64,000 nucleotides of DNA from Ascoidea asiatica JCM 7603 (lineage: Eukaryota > Fungi > Ascomycota). The notes under the pieces are model-generated. The model was not told where the DNA came from and did no database searches. It saw only the letters and a list, made by a program, of their open reading frames with translations. Where the stretch lies: contig BCKQ01000003.1 of NCBI GenBank assembly GCA_001600695.1, positions 714,003 to 778,002 on the forward strand, given 5' to 3'. The translations under genes and the position numbers were made by a program. Below, piece after piece: positions 20,858 through 33,000 of this stretch (the first letter of the stretch is position 1; the number at the start of each line of letters is the position of its first letter).

Positions 20858-23473
20858 TTAATTATCATTATTATTATTATCATTATTAGTATTATCATTA
20901 TTATTAGTTTGATTAATAATACGTCTATAAATTGCATCTCCCATTAAACATACTTTTTTCATAGATTTTACATCATGAACTCTGATAATATCTGTTTTAT
21001 TTCCAATACATGCTAAAACTGTAGCTGCAGTTCCTAATAATCTACCATCTTTAATTTCTTCATTTGTTATTTTTCCAATAAAATTCTTACGACTAGTTCC
21101 AACTAAAATTGGTAATTGTTTAAAAGTTAAAAAATAATCATCAATCATCATATTATCATTTTCATTTTCATTATCATCTTCATTTCGTTTTTTTAAAATT
21201 GAATAATTTTTTATAGATTTTAAAGATCTTAAAATACTTAAATTTTGATCTGAAGTTTTTGCAAATCCAATTCCAGGATCTAAAATTATTTGCCATTTTT
21301 TAACACCTTGTTGAAATGCTTTAATTAATGATAATGAAAGTTCTTTACTTACACAATTTGATAAAATTATTTCATCTTTATTTAAATCTTTTTCATTCTC
21401 AATTGATGGATATTCAATAATATTTAAATCTTTATTTTCAAAATATTTTGTTAATTTATTCATTTCATCTAATTTACCTCTATTATGTCCAATAATATAT
21501 GGAACTTTTGTATTTTTAACAATTTTAAACATATTTTTATCAAAAATTCCCATACTAATATCATTAATAATATCTGCACCAGCTTCAATACTTTTTAATG
21601 CAACTTCTGATCTAAATGTATCAATACTTATTAAAATATTTTTATGAACTTCTCTAATTTTTTTAATTAAAGGTATAACTCTATTCATTTCTTCTTCAAT
21701 TGAAACAAATTTAGATCCTGGTCTTGTTGAACATCCTCCAATATCAATAATATTAACACCAGATTTTATCATTTCACTAACTGATTTTATTGCATTATTA
21801 ATATTAATATTTTTACCTCCATCTGAAAATGAATCTGGTGTTGTATTAATAATTCCCATAATTAATGTTTCATGATTATTTTTATTAAAATCAAATTCAA
21901 TAAATTTATTATCTTTAATTATTGGAATAATATTTATTAATTTATTTGAATTTTTTGTAATTTTAAAAATTTCTTTAAAATGATAATTTATTGATTTTTT
22001 ACTAATTGGATGAATATAATTAAAATTTATAACTTCTAATAATGGTTGTAAAACAAAAAGTCTTTCCAACATTCTTTCATGAGGTATTCTCAATTCAAAA
22101 TTATCTCTCTCATTTTTTTTTTCATTAATTATTTCATTATCATATAATAATATATCTAAATCTATAATTCTTGGTCCATTATTAAATTTTTTAATTCTAT
22201 TTAATTTTTTATATTCAATTTCTTTAAATTTTTTTAATAAATTCATTGGTGATAATTTTGTTGAAATTTTTAAACATCCATTTATAAAATCATCTTGATC
22301 TTCAAAATACATTGGTTTTGTTTTATATAATGATGATGTTGATAATAATTTTATTTCATTATCCAAAATTAAATAATCAATTGCATTATTAATATTTTCA
22401 ACTTGATTTCCTTGATTTGATCCAAAAGAAACATATACAATATGTTCCAAATTTTTTTTCTTCTTCTCTTTCTCTTTCTCTTTCTCTTTCTCTTTATTTT
22501 CATTAATTTCAATTTTGGATATATTTTTTTTATCAATTTTTTTATTATTAAAATTTGGAAATCTTTGAATTTCAATACCAACTGCATCACTTTGAATAAT
22601 TGCATTTAATTTTGATAATTTTATTTTATTTTCTAAATTAAATTCATTTATTAAAATATTTGTTGAAATTGAATAAATTAAAGCTTCAATGGTAATAAAT
22701 TTTGAATTTTCAATATGATTTATAATTTTATTTAAAATTTCATTTAAATCTAAATTTGAATTCATATACAAATTTTTTTCATTAATTTTAATTTTAATTT
22801 TAATATCAATTGAAATCATTTGTTTTTGAGATCTTTCAAATTCCCAATATCCAATTAATGTTAATAATTTCACATTTTTAAAAATTATATATAATTCATC
22901 CTTAATTTCAATTTCATTTTCATTTTCATTTTCATTTTTTTTTAAATTTTTATTTAATATTATTTGAAAATCTTCACATCTAATAAATGAATGTTTACTA
23001 TTTAAAATAAATTCAATTTTTGAACAATTATTATTATTAATTAAATTACTTGTTTCATCTTTTATTAAATTTTCAGATAATTCTTTTATTAAATTAATTA
23101 AATCTTTAAAATAATAATTTTCAATTAATTTTGAATTAAAATATTTTAAAATATTTCCTGATAAAATTGAATAATCAATTGATTTTGATAAATCATCATT
23201 TTTACCAGATTCATTTATTGAAGCTAAAATATTTAATGAAACATTTAATGGTAATAAAGAAGGTTTATTCCAAGAATCTTTTAAAATATTTGCATTGAAT
23301 TTTAAATTTTTAATAAATATTTTATCTGACATTTTTAATTGATTTTTTTTTTGAATTGAAGTTGATATATAATTTTTTCTGTATTGTAATTTAAAATTTG
23401 AAATTAATGGTTTAAAATTATAACTTATACATTTAATAAAAGGATAATTCTGTTTTTTTATGAAAAAATTCAT
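20858..23473 (-). CDS. FOL1: Trifunctional folate synthesis protein (DHNA-DHNA-HPPK-DHPS)
   Basis: DDLSKSIDY and FITIEAL (DHNA), FGSNQG...GPRIIDLDILLY...IPH (HPPK), MGIINTTPDSFSDGG, IGGCSTRPG, DPGIGFAK, SRK, IRVHDV (DHPS). Confidence 0.96.
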   Translation of the reverse strand: MNFFIKKQNYPFIKCISYNFKPLISNFKLQYRKNYISTSIQKKNQLKMSDKIFIKNLKFNANILKDSWNKPSLLPLNVSLNILASINESGKNDDLSKSIDYSILSGNILKYFNSKLIENYYFKDLINLIKELSENLIKDETSNLINNNNCSKIEFILNSKHSFIRCEDFQIILNKNLKKNENENENEIEIKDELYIIFKNVKLLTLIGYWEFERSQKQMISIDIKIKIKINEKNLYMNSNLDLNEILNKIINHIENSKFITIEALIYSISTNILINEFNLENKIKLSKLNAIIQSDAVGIEIQRFPNFNNKKIDKKNISKIEINENKEKEKEKEKEKKKKNLEHIVYVSFGSNQGNQVENINNAIDYLILDNEIKLLSTSSLYKTKPMYFEDQDDFINGCLKISTKLSPMNLLKKFKEIEYKKLNRIKKFNNGPRIIDLDILLYDNEIINEKKNERDNFELRIPHERMLERLFVLQPLLEVINFNYIHPISKKSINYHFKEIFKITKNSNKLINIIPIIKDNKFIEFDFNKNNHETLIMGIINTTPDSFSDGGKNININNAIKSVSEMIKSGVNIIDIGGCSTRPGSKFVSIEEEMNRVIPLIKKIREVHKNILISIDTFRSEVALKSIEAGADIINDISMGIFDKNMFKIVKNTKVPYIIGHNRGKLDEMNKLTKYFENKDLNIIEYPSIENEKDLNKDEIILSNCVSKELSLSLIKAFQQGVKKWQIILDPGIGFAKTSDQNLSILRSLKSIKNYSILKKRNEDDNENENDNMMIDDYFLTFKQLPILVGTSRKNFIGKITNEEIKDGRLLGTAATVLACIGNKTDIIRVHDVKSMKKVCLMGDAIYRRIINQTNNNDNTNNDNNNNDN

Positions 23474-24198
23474 TTCTTATATGATTAAATAAAAGTCATT
23501 AATGAAATTTTTTCAAGAGAAGTCTTTGAATTTAAAAAGTTTTCAATATCTTTAGACTTTAATCGAACAAATTTATCGAGAAAAGTGTAAAAATGTTGCT
23601 TTTATCAATAAATTTATTGAATAAAGGCAAATTTATTGTTTTCCGTGCGAAAAAAAAAAGGTGATTTTGATTTAAAATCATTTAATTGATTAATTGAATA
23701 ATAATTTATAAAAATACATAAGAAAACTAGAGTAATAGTAATAGATTACTAAGTTAAAGTAGATGTTTAAATTTTATATTTCTAAATTATTGTATAACTT
23801 CTATAATTTATTCAGTTCATTATCCTAATTATTAATTTTTTGATAATAAATTTGTAAGTAAAAAGATTTGAAGTCAATAGAATTAGAAACATTGAAACAA
23901 ATTATATGATATTATACAAAAAACTGAGATAATTTAATGATTCATTAGAGTTTTAGAAGAGATAGAATAAAAAATAAATGCGAAAGAGAAAAAGAAGACA
24001 ATAATAATAAAAGAACTATGCAATACCTGAGAAAATAAAAGGATAAGGATTAAATGTTTGAAATATGAAATATGAAATATGAAATATGATATTTTATATT
24101 GTATACTTTATCAATTATCAATTATTAATCATTAATTATTAATTATTAATTATTAATTATCTATTATCAGTTTTATAATTTTTTTTTTTTTTTTTTGA

Positions 24199-24867
24199 TC
24201 AAAATCTTCTTGGACCACCACGAGAACCACCTCTGAAATCACCTCTACCACCAAAAGAACCACGACCACCACGACTGCCTCCTCTGCTGCCAAAACTGCT
24301 TCCTCCTCTGGAACCACCTCTGCCTCCAAAAGAAGAGCCTCCACGACCTCTGAAACCTCCACGACTACCACCTCTGCCACCGAAACCACCACGATCACCA
24401 CCACGAGTCTTTGGTTTCTTGACTTTTGGACCATTAACTTTAGGTTTTGGAAGAAATCTATCTAAGGGCAATAATTTATCATCACCTATATAGAATTTAT
24501 CACCATCTTTAAAAGATGCAGCTTTTACACCTTCACTTGGCTTTACGGTGAAAAACATTTCATTTACTGGACCTAAGATCTCATCTACTTTTCCAACTTG
24601 AGTTTTATTTTCTAAAAAAATTGGAGCATTGAAATATGGAACTTTAGTATTGATTGAACGACAAACTATATCCCCTTCGCACTCATGCATAAAAGAACCC
24701 ATTGGCAACACAGTGTCTGGAGGACCTTGTGGTGCTCTGGAGAAACCCCCAGAGAAACCTCCAGAGAAACCTCCTCTTGATCCACCACGACCACCAAATC
24801 CGCCACGAGAGCCTCCTCTTGAGCCTCCACGACCACCAAATCCTCGATTACCACCTCTGAATGACAT
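24199..24867 (-). CDS. GAR1: H/ACA snoRNP protein Gar1 (222 aa from ATG 24867)
   Basis: RGG repeats flank the core [41 protein letters not shown]...[12 protein letters not shown]; the first ATG gives the canonical MSFRGG start. Confidence 0.97.
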   Translation of the reverse strand: MSFRGGNRGFGGRGGSRGGSRGGFGGRGGSRGGFSGGFSGGFSRAPQGPPDTVLPMGSFMHECEGDIVCRSINTKVPYFNAPIFLENKTQVGKVDEILGPVNEMFFTVKPSEGVKAASFKDGDKFYIGDDKLLPLDRFLPKPKVNGPKVKKPKTRGGDRGGFGGRGGSRGGFRGRGGSSFGGRGGSRGGSSFGSRGGSRGGRGSFGGRGDFRGGSRGGPRRF

Positions 24868-25045
24868 TATTGAACTAAACTTGTGTGGAAATATCCTATA
24901 ATTAAACAATCTTGCCTACTGTTCTATTTTCTATTTTCTATTTTCTGTTTTCAGTCTCCTTCTCTTTTGTTCTCTTTTGTTCTCTGTTTTTCCTCTGTTT
25001 TGTTCTCTTTTGTTCTCTGTTTTTCCTTCACAAAATTTCGCTCAC

Positions 25046-25145
25046 TGAAAAAAATTTTCAGATTTGAAAACACCGCCACGATTCACTCAATTCACTCAAT
25101 TCACTAGCCACCTCATATAACAGAACAGAATATATGGCACGTGAC
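25046..25145. promoter_or_regulatory. RRPE-like element and Cbf1-type site in the GAR1/Aquarius divergent promoter
   Basis: TGAAAAAAATTTTCA at 25046-25060; CACGTGAC at 25138-25145; (ATTCACTCA) repeated about 3 times at 25081-25106. Confidence 0.6.
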
Positions 25146-25350
25146 AATCCAATTTCTTTCAAACGGAGATAGTTTCGGATAAATAAATCAATTTAACGTT
25201 AAGGAGTGAATGAATATTTGCATCTTTCTTTTATAAACAAAGAAGATTAAAAAAAAAAAAATCAATTATCAAACAATATTGAGTAACTAGAAATTATTAA
25301 ATGGATTAGAATAAAAGTTTAAGATAAGAAGTCATTGGTGTTTATGAATT

Positions 25351-28300
25351 ATGGATCAACAACAGACATTTGATTCTTTATCTAGAATTGCAGAAAAGAA
25401 TTGGCTCTTTCCCAACAAGATTCAATATAAAATAAAGAAATATAAAATTAAATCTGTTAAAAATTCAATTATTTCACAAATACTTTCAATATTAATATCT
25501 AATAACAATGAATTTAAAACAAGTATTTTATATCATATTGAATCTTTAAAATATTTTGAAAATTATTTATGGCCTTCATTTCATGAAAATTCTTCAAATG
25601 ATCATATAATTTCAATAGTTTTACTTTTAATTGCAAAATATTTAATTAATTCAAATTCTTTTAATACTTATCAATTCAATCAAATTTTTTCATTAGATGA
25701 GTATCATGATCAAAATGATAATGATAATGATAATGATAATGATAATGATAATGATAATGATAATGATAATGAAAATTCAAAAGAAGAAAAAAAATTCAAT
25801 TTATTATTTAATAGAATTTTATCAATTTCTTTAATTCCAATTAATAACTCTAATTCAAATTTTATATTACTTCATAAATCTTTCATAATTTATTTTATTG
25901 AAATTTTAATTAATAATACAAATATTCCTTTAATAAAAAATCAAATTTCTTCTTTATTTAATATTAATATTTGGTGTAATTTATCAAATTCAATTAAAGA
26001 TCAAATTTTTAAAGAAAATAAATCATTATTAATTTTATATAATAAAGAATTAAATCTTATAAATAATAAATTTAATTCAAGTTGGTTTTATTATTTATTA
26101 ACTGATTTTATTTCAATTTTATCAATTAATCAAAAATATTCTAATCATTCAATTTCAAATTATTCTATTTTTATTATACAATTCTTAATCAATATTTTAT
26201 CTCAATTACCAACTCGTTCTTTTTCTAATACTTTAATTAAAGATATAAATTTATTATCATATATATATTTATATATAAATGATAATAAAAATTTAATCTC
26301 TTTTTATAATCAATTAAAAAAATTAATTTTTTATCCAATTAATGATTTTTCTGGAATTTTATATTCTTCAAAAATTATTCAAAAAAATTATTATGATAAT
26401 ATTCAAAATTTACAATTTATTTTATTTAATCTTAAATTAAATAATTCTCAAATTTATAATAAAAATGAAAATTTAATTAAATTTAAATCTAATTTTTTTT
26501 TATCTGATTTTCAAAATTCTCAATTATTTCAAAAATCTTTATCTATTTTAGAATTAAAAGATTTAAAATTATTAACAAATTTAATAAATTTAAATATTTA
26601 TATAAATTTAAGTACAAATGAATCTATACAATTAAATAAAAATGGTATAATTCAATCAATTATATTAAAATATTCAAATCCTTTAGATATATTTAATTGG
26701 TTTAATGATTTAAATTGTTTACCAAATAATAATTCACTTTTAAAAAATTATTATTTATTCAATGAATATAAAAATAATGATGATTTTCAATTATCTTTAT
26801 TACCTAAATCATTACCAAAATTAACTTTAAAATATTTATCTTTAAATGATTTTTTAATAAAAAATTTTATTTTATTTAAACATGAATCTTTTTTTCAAAT
26901 TGGAAATGAAATTCAAAAAATTATAAAAAAATTAAATCATAAATTTATTAATAAAAAATTATTTTTAAATGGTTTTAGTAAAATGGCTTTACAATTACAT
27001 AATTCTCCTTCAATAATATCTATTATTACAAATAATCTTATAATAAAATCAAAATTTTATCAAACTGCAATTTTAGAAATTCAATTAAATCTTGAAAAAA
27101 TAAATGAAAATATTATTAACGAATGGGATTCATTAGGAAAAAATGATATTGTTTTTTTAATTTCTTTAACAGATAAAAATTTAAAAAATAAAAATAATTT
27201 TTTAGAAGAATTAGGTATAAAACGTATTACCTCTTGTACTATTACTGAAATTTTAGATGGTTATTCAAGTTCATTAATTACTCATGATTTTGAAAAAACA
27301 AATAAAGTATCAAATAAAAACTTAACAAATAAAATGAATTTTAAATCTTACCGTCGAAGAATATATCTTCAAATAGATCCTGAATTTTATAATATAACTA
27401 CCAATTTCGGAAAAGAAAATGAAAATTTTGAAAACATAGTCTCCGAGTTTCATATTCTTATAAGAAGAAATGCAAGGGAGAATACATTTTATAGTATATT
27501 ACAAAATATTAAAAATTTAGTTCTTGAAGAAACTTTATCTTTACCGGATTGGTTATTAGATTCTTTTTTGGGTATAGATCCTAACAGTGGTTTTTATAAA
27601 AATCAAAATAAAAGACCAATGGCTTTAGACTTGGATTTCAATTTCCAAAGTTTTTCACATTTAAAGAAATGTTTTCCAGATTATTCTTGTGAATTATCAA
27701 TAAACAATTCTGAAGATTATGAAATTCAAGGTTCCAAAAGGAGAAAAAATTCAAAACAATCAAAAATATCATCTGAAAAAACGAGTAAAGATGCTTCACC
27801 ACCATTTATCATCGATTTTTCAAATGAAAAATCCAAAATTTTAAATGTCTTACCTTATGAAAAAAACAAAGTGAAAAATAGTTTATTACCATCTTCCCTT
27901 TTTAATAAAGGTTCTATACCTCTGATTTCCTTCACAAAAACACAAATGGAATCTATTATTTCTGGGAGCTCTAACGGATTGACTTTAATTGTTGGTCCTC
28001 CTGGAACAGGTAAAACAGATGTTGCAGTTCAAATTGTAACTAATATTTTTATTAATTTTCCGAAAGAAAGAACTTTAATCGTTACTCATAGTAACCAGGG
28101 TTTAAATCATATTTTTACCAAAATATTTGAGTCTGGAATAATTGATGGAAGTTATCTACTTCGACTAGGCAGAGGTCAGCAAGATCTACAAAGTATGGAA
28201 GATATAGCTTTTTCTTCCAATGGTAGGGTTGATCATATACAGAAAATAATTCAAGATCATTTACAAGATGTTGATATATTGGCAAACTCTTTGAACATTC

Positions 28301-29745
28301 CTGGAGCTCATGGAAACTCTTGCGAAACAGCTCTTTTCTTTTTTAAAACTCATGTTGAAAAAATATGGACAGATTTTTTATCTATTGTGAAGAACTCCGG
28401 AATAGAAAGTAGAACACTTTTGGAAGCATATCCTTTTTTTGAGTTTTTCAAGCAAATCAATAAAAATTTTGATCTAAAGTTATTGGATGAAATGAAATTT
28501 GAAGAATCCTTTTCCATTTTAGCTGATGGCTTTCGTTTCATTGCAGATATATTTTTAAAATTACAAAAGTTTCGACAATTCGAGGTTTTAAAGAGCGATA
28601 AAGCAAAAGCAGATTTTATGTTAATCAAACAAGCTAAAGTTGTTTCTATGACCGCCACATTTGCATCAATGAGAATAAAAGAGTTGAAACAATTGGGTGT
28701 GAAGTTTGACAATGTTTTGGTAGAAGAGGCGGGCCAATTAACTGAAATAGAAACTATTATTCCCTTCTTAGTATCGTCTAACATATCTCAGGGAGACAAA
28801 GGATCCTTAAAGAGAGCAATTTTAATTGGAGATCATAAACAAAACCATCCAATCATTCAAAACATGGTTTTGAGAACCCATTCCAGTTTTGATCAATCTT
28901 TATTTGAAAGATTCATAAAACTTGGGGTACAACATTTTACATTAGATCTTCAGGGACGAACAAGAAAAGAAATATGCTTTTTGTATAGTCATATTTATCG
29001 AAATGTCACTACTGGAAAAGAATTAGAAAGTCTTGATTTTATGAAAATGGATCCCAAATACAAACTTGCAAACCCAGGTTTCAAAAACGTTTTTCAATTC
29101 ATTAATATCGATTTACATGATGGAAAAGGTGAACTTCAACCTTCACCAAATTTTTTTCAGAATGTAGGCGAAGCAGAGTATGCTGTTGCATTATATTGCT
29201 ATATGAGATTGCTAAACTATCCAAGCAGTAAAATAACAATATTAACCATGTATGCTGGCCAAAAATTTTTAATTGAAGATATTTTAAATAGTAAATGTGG
29301 ACTCGGGAAAAATGGTTCAGAGCTTAATGACAAAGAATTTAGATTTGGTCATCCACAAGTGTCTACCGTAGATAATTTTCAAGGAAACGAAAATGACTAC
29401 ATAATTTTGTCATTATGCCGAACAAAACGACTTGGATATTTAAGAGATACTAAAAGATTAACTGTTGCATTATCTAGAGGTAAGCTTGGACTTTATGTGC
29501 TTGGTTATAAAAGGATTTTTGAAGAAACGCTTGAGCTTCGCTCAATAAAGGAAATTATAAAACGATTGATTCCAGAAGGAAAAACGACCAACTTGGAGGT
29601 TGTCACCGGAGAGCTATATAATCAAATAACTAGAAATACTAATGAGAAAAGCAATAATTCTATTGAAATCCAAGGCTTAGAACATTTGAGCAATTATATA
29701 GAGCAAATGACGCAAACAAGAATAGACTTTGATAGAATGAACTAA
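25351..29745 (+). CDS. CWF11: Aquarius/IBP160/Cwf11 spliceosomal SF1 RNA helicase
   Basis: N-terminal YFENYLWP, SQLPTR and LPKLTLKYLS..DFL..NF.LF..ES blocks. Helicase motifs VGPPGTGKTDVAVQI, THSNQGLN, LLRLG, GAHGNSCETA, EEAGQ..EIET, LIGDH, QSLFERF, FFQNVGEAEYAVAL..YMRLL.YP, STVDNFQG. Confidence 0.93.
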   Translation: MDQQQTFDSLSRIAEKNWLFPNKIQYKIKKYKIKSVKNSIISQILSILISNNNEFKTSILYHIESLKYFENYLWPSFHENSSNDHIISIVLLLIAKYLINSNSFNTYQFNQIFSLDEYHDQNDNDNDNDNDNDNDNDNDNENSKEEKKFNLLFNRILSISLIPINNSNSNFILLHKSFIIYFIEILINNTNIPLIKNQISSLFNINIWCNLSNSIKDQIFKENKSLLILYNKELNLINNKFNSSWFYYLLTDFISILSINQKYSNHSISNYSIFIIQFLINILSQLPTRSFSNTLIKDINLLSYIYLYINDNKNLISFYNQLKKLIFYPINDFSGILYSSKIIQKNYYDNIQNLQFILFNLKLNNSQIYNKNENLIKFKSNFFLSDFQNSQLFQKSLSILELKDLKLLTNLINLNIYINLSTNESIQLNKNGIIQSIILKYSNPLDIFNWFNDLNCLPNNNSLLKNYYLFNEYKNNDDFQLSLLPKSLPKLTLKYLSLNDFLIKNFILFKHESFFQIGNEIQKIIKKLNHKFINKKLFLNGFSKMALQLHNSPSIISIITNNLIIKSKFYQTAILEIQLNLEKINENIINEWDSLGKNDIVFLISLTDKNLKNKNNFLEELGIKRITSCTITEILDGYSSSLITHDFEKTNKVSNKNLTNKMNFKSYRRRIYLQIDPEFYNITTNFGKENENFENIVSEFHILIRRNARENTFYSILQNIKNLVLEETLSLPDWLLDSFLGIDPNSGFYKNQNKRPMALDLDFNFQSFSHLKKCFPDYSCELSINNSEDYEIQGSKRRKNSKQSKISSEKTSKDASPPFIIDFSNEKSKILNVLPYEKNKVKNSLLPSSLFNKGSIPLISFTKTQMESIISGSSNGLTLIVGPPGTGKTDVAVQIVTNIFINFPKERTLIVTHSNQGLNHIFTKIFESGIIDGSYLLRLGRGQQDLQSMEDIAFSSNGRVDHIQKIIQDHLQDVDILANSLNIPGAHGNSCETALFFFKTHVEKIWTDFLSIVKNSGIESRTLLEAYPFFEFFKQINKNFDLKLLDEMKFEESFSILADGFRFIADIFLKLQKFRQFEVLKSDKAKADFMLIKQAKVVSMTATFASMRIKELKQLGVKFDNVLVEEAGQLTEIETIIPFLVSSNISQGDKGSLKRAILIGDHKQNHPIIQNMVLRTHSSFDQSLFERFIKLGVQHFTLDLQGRTRKEICFLYSHIYRNVTTGKELESLDFMKMDPKYKLANPGFKNVFQFINIDLHDGKGELQPSPNFFQNVGEAEYAVALYCYMRLLNYPSSKITILTMYAGQKFLIEDILNSKCGLGKNGSELNDKEFRFGHPQVSTVDNFQGNENDYIILSLCRTKRLGYLRDTKRLTVALSRGKLGLYVLGYKRIFEETLELRSIKEIIKRLIPEGKTTNLEVVTGELYNQITRNTNEKSNNSIEIQGLEHLSNYIEQMTQTRIDFDRMN

Positions 29746-30031
29746 TTAAATACAAGGGATTATGCTGATAAAGCCAAAAGAGCAAAAAAAAATCTGTGCA
29801 AGGATTAAACTTAAAAATTAAAGTGATGTAGTTGATAAAGCAGTTAAACCAGGGAGAAAAAGAAATATAAAAAAAAGCTGAAACACTAAACATTATTACT
29901 TGCTGCCATCGTTGCAAAAACAAAAAAAGCCATTAACCGAAACAAAAAGGAATTTGAAAACAATACTCAGCAATGGGTATTATAGGAATAAAAATTGATA
30001 TGAAGTATGAGAGAAATTAATTAATATTATG

Positions 30032-33000
30032 CTATCTGATTAAACTACTAAAGGATCTTCCTTTGGATTTTTTTTGCAGGAGCTGCTCAAATTTCGCTTT
30101 CCAGTCAAGTAATTCTTTCTCCAATCTTAAGGCTTTCTCTTTATTTTCTTTAATTTCTCTTTCGGCTCTTTTAGTTAACAATTGTGCTGTAGACTCACTG
30201 ACCAGAAATTCATCCATTCTTTCATTGAGCTTGTTAACTTTAATTTCAAGAGTTTCCTTCTCTTTAAGTAAATCTCTTATCTTAGAATTGGCTTGCTCTA
30301 TTTGAGACTGATAAATTCTCATGGAGTGTTCATAAGTTCTTGAGTTTTTGTTTGATTCGAATTTTATATCATTTATTTGAACTAACTGCTGCTCCAATTC
30401 TTTAATCCGGTTTTGCCAAAAGGAATCATTCGAATTTATAGAATTTCGTTGTAAAGATTTTATTCTCACTTGTAACTGTTTAATATATTTTTGAAGCCCC
30501 TCATTTTCTTGAAGAACCATTTGAATATCTTGCTTGTTTTGATCAATCTCTTTACGATACTTGGAACCTATCGAACGAAGTTCATTTATTTCTCTCTTCA
30601 AATTTTCATCGTCATATTTTTGTTTTTCTAGAAGGAGAGTCAAACCTGATGTTTTTTTCGACTGTCCTTCAGCAACTAATGATTGAAATCCTGTCGTTAG
30701 CTCTTGTACTCTCACCTCAAGACTCTTTTTATCATTTTGTAAATTATCTCTTTCTGTCATAAGTTCCTTCATGGACATATTAACAGCCCTGAATTGATTT
30801 AAAACTGATTCGAGCTTACTAGTTTTATTACCATTGACCAGCGTGTCTATATCTCCTCGAGATTCTAATTGATTAATAAGGTTTTCATAAAACATCTTAT
30901 CATGTTTTGATTTCTCAACATTACCTTCGAGTTCTTCTTTTTCAGATATGATACTATCCAATTGCAATTGAAGTCTTTTTACTTCTTTCTGAAGAGTGGT
31001 TTCTGTGATTAAAGATTGTGCTAATTTTTTATTCAAGTCTTGAACTTGATTTTCCCTAGAAGCCAATTTACTACCGGATATATATTGAAGCTTGAATCGT
31101 TCAAGCTCTTCGGAAACAGCCTTGAAATTATTTCTCAATTTTTCTATTTCAGCTTCCTTATCGCCAGTAGCGTTTTCTAATCTATTGATTTTTAATTGAA
31201 GTTTAGCAGTTACTGCTTCAACATTTCTGGAATTGCCTCTCATCAAAAGAAGCGTTTGTGAAACTTCTTTTAATTCGTCTCTTGCATATTTTTCGGCTCT
31301 TTGTGATGACTTTATTAATGATTCTGCCTCATCGAGCTTACTAAAATAATCTTCAGATCTACTTTTGTAAAGTCTCATACTTTTTTCTAAATCAGAGACC
31401 TTATTCTGAGCAACTTCTAGTCTGAGCTGAGTAGTAACTAATTGTTCTTTAAGTAAAAACGTAGTGGTTTCAGACTTGCTATGCTTTGTGGATAGAGAAT
31501 CATTAGAAGTACGCAGTAATCGTTTATATCGTTCAAGCTCTTGTCTTGATTGAGCAAGTTCTTCACGGGACAGTCGCAATTGTTTGGAAACACTCTGATA
31601 TGCTTTCATGAGTTCTTGGTTTGGGCCTGCGCCTGCGCCATTCCCATTAACAATATTATGATTTTCCTTCAATGGCAATGGTGGTAATTTTCTTGCTGGG
31701 GAACTATTTATTGTTTTTTCAGTCATATTGAAAAATGCTTCAGATTCGTTATTGTTGGCTTCAGCCTTATTAGAATTATAAAGAAACTGATTTTGTAATT
31801 CTTGCTCAGTTCGTTTGACTGCTTTTTTTTCTAATTCTAAGCTCTCCTTCAAATCTCTATTCTCTTTAACCAAACTCTGAATTTTATTGAAATCAGTTTC
31901 GTTGTAAACATTTTTGGACAAGGAAGTTGCACTATTTCTATTAAGAGATTTAAGCTTTTCTACCTCAGCGGATAGTTTTTGATTATCAAACGCCTCCGAA
32001 GCTAGTCTAGTTTTTAGCATTTTAATTTCATCGTAGAACTTTGATTTTTCTAACGATTCTTTTTTCAAGCCAGCTGATTTTTCGTTTAGAAGTAATTTCA
32101 TTGAAGCAAATTCATTAATTAACTGTTGTTGGTCTTTCCTTAATTTTTCCAGTTCTAAATTATCAGGGACTTTTTCTTTTGTAGATGAAAATCCATTTGT
32201 CACTTCTCTCAGATTTTGAGTATTAATGGATTTTTGCTGATCAGCTAACTCTTTCTCAGCATTTTTCAACTTATGCTTCAATTCCATTATTTCAGAATCA
32301 AATTTCTGTCTTCCTCTATCGAATTTGATATCGTCAGTGATTTTAACCTTCAATAAGCTTTTTGCCTCTGATGCATCTCGTTCAAGCTGCTCACATTTTT
32401 GTTTCAACGATTCTAATTCTTTATTTTTTGTTTTTTCGTTTCTCTGATAGGCCAATTTTTCTGAAGTTATTTTTGCAATTTGTGATTTTTGTTCTTCATT
32501 AAGGGTTTTCAATTTTTCTATTGTATCATCAGGATTATTGATAAGTTTTAATTTGGAGGATAATTCCATTTTCTCATCAGCCAATTGTTTGATTTTTTGA
32601 TTTGCCCTATCAAGTTCTCTAGACGGAGAGGCTAGTTTCTTTTCTAAATCTTTGGTAGCATTCTTCAACTGAAACTCTAAATCTCTAATTTGGCTGTCTT
32701 TTTGTCTAAGCTTTGCTTTAAGATCCTTTATCTCATCTTTAAGTTTTTCAAAATTTTTTGAACTCGTGTTTGTAGTATCTTTCATTACTTTGAGCTCCTT
32801 ATCAGAAGCAACTTGTTTCATCTTTAACTCGTTTTTATCCTTTTCTAAAACTGTAATTAATTTCTTTTGATCAGTTACTTCGTTTTTCCATGTTTCTAGT
32901 TTTGATTCAAGCGATTCTTTATTTTTAGTAAAATTTTCATTTTGAGATTCAAGAGTTTTTAGCTTTTTACTTGTAGAATCAAGATTTGTGGTCAATTCTA

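Noticed and set aside
24868-24909. Upstream extension of GAR1 in the ORF track
   Set aside because: Starts at TTG; the first ATG (24867) gives the canonical MSFRGG N-terminus.
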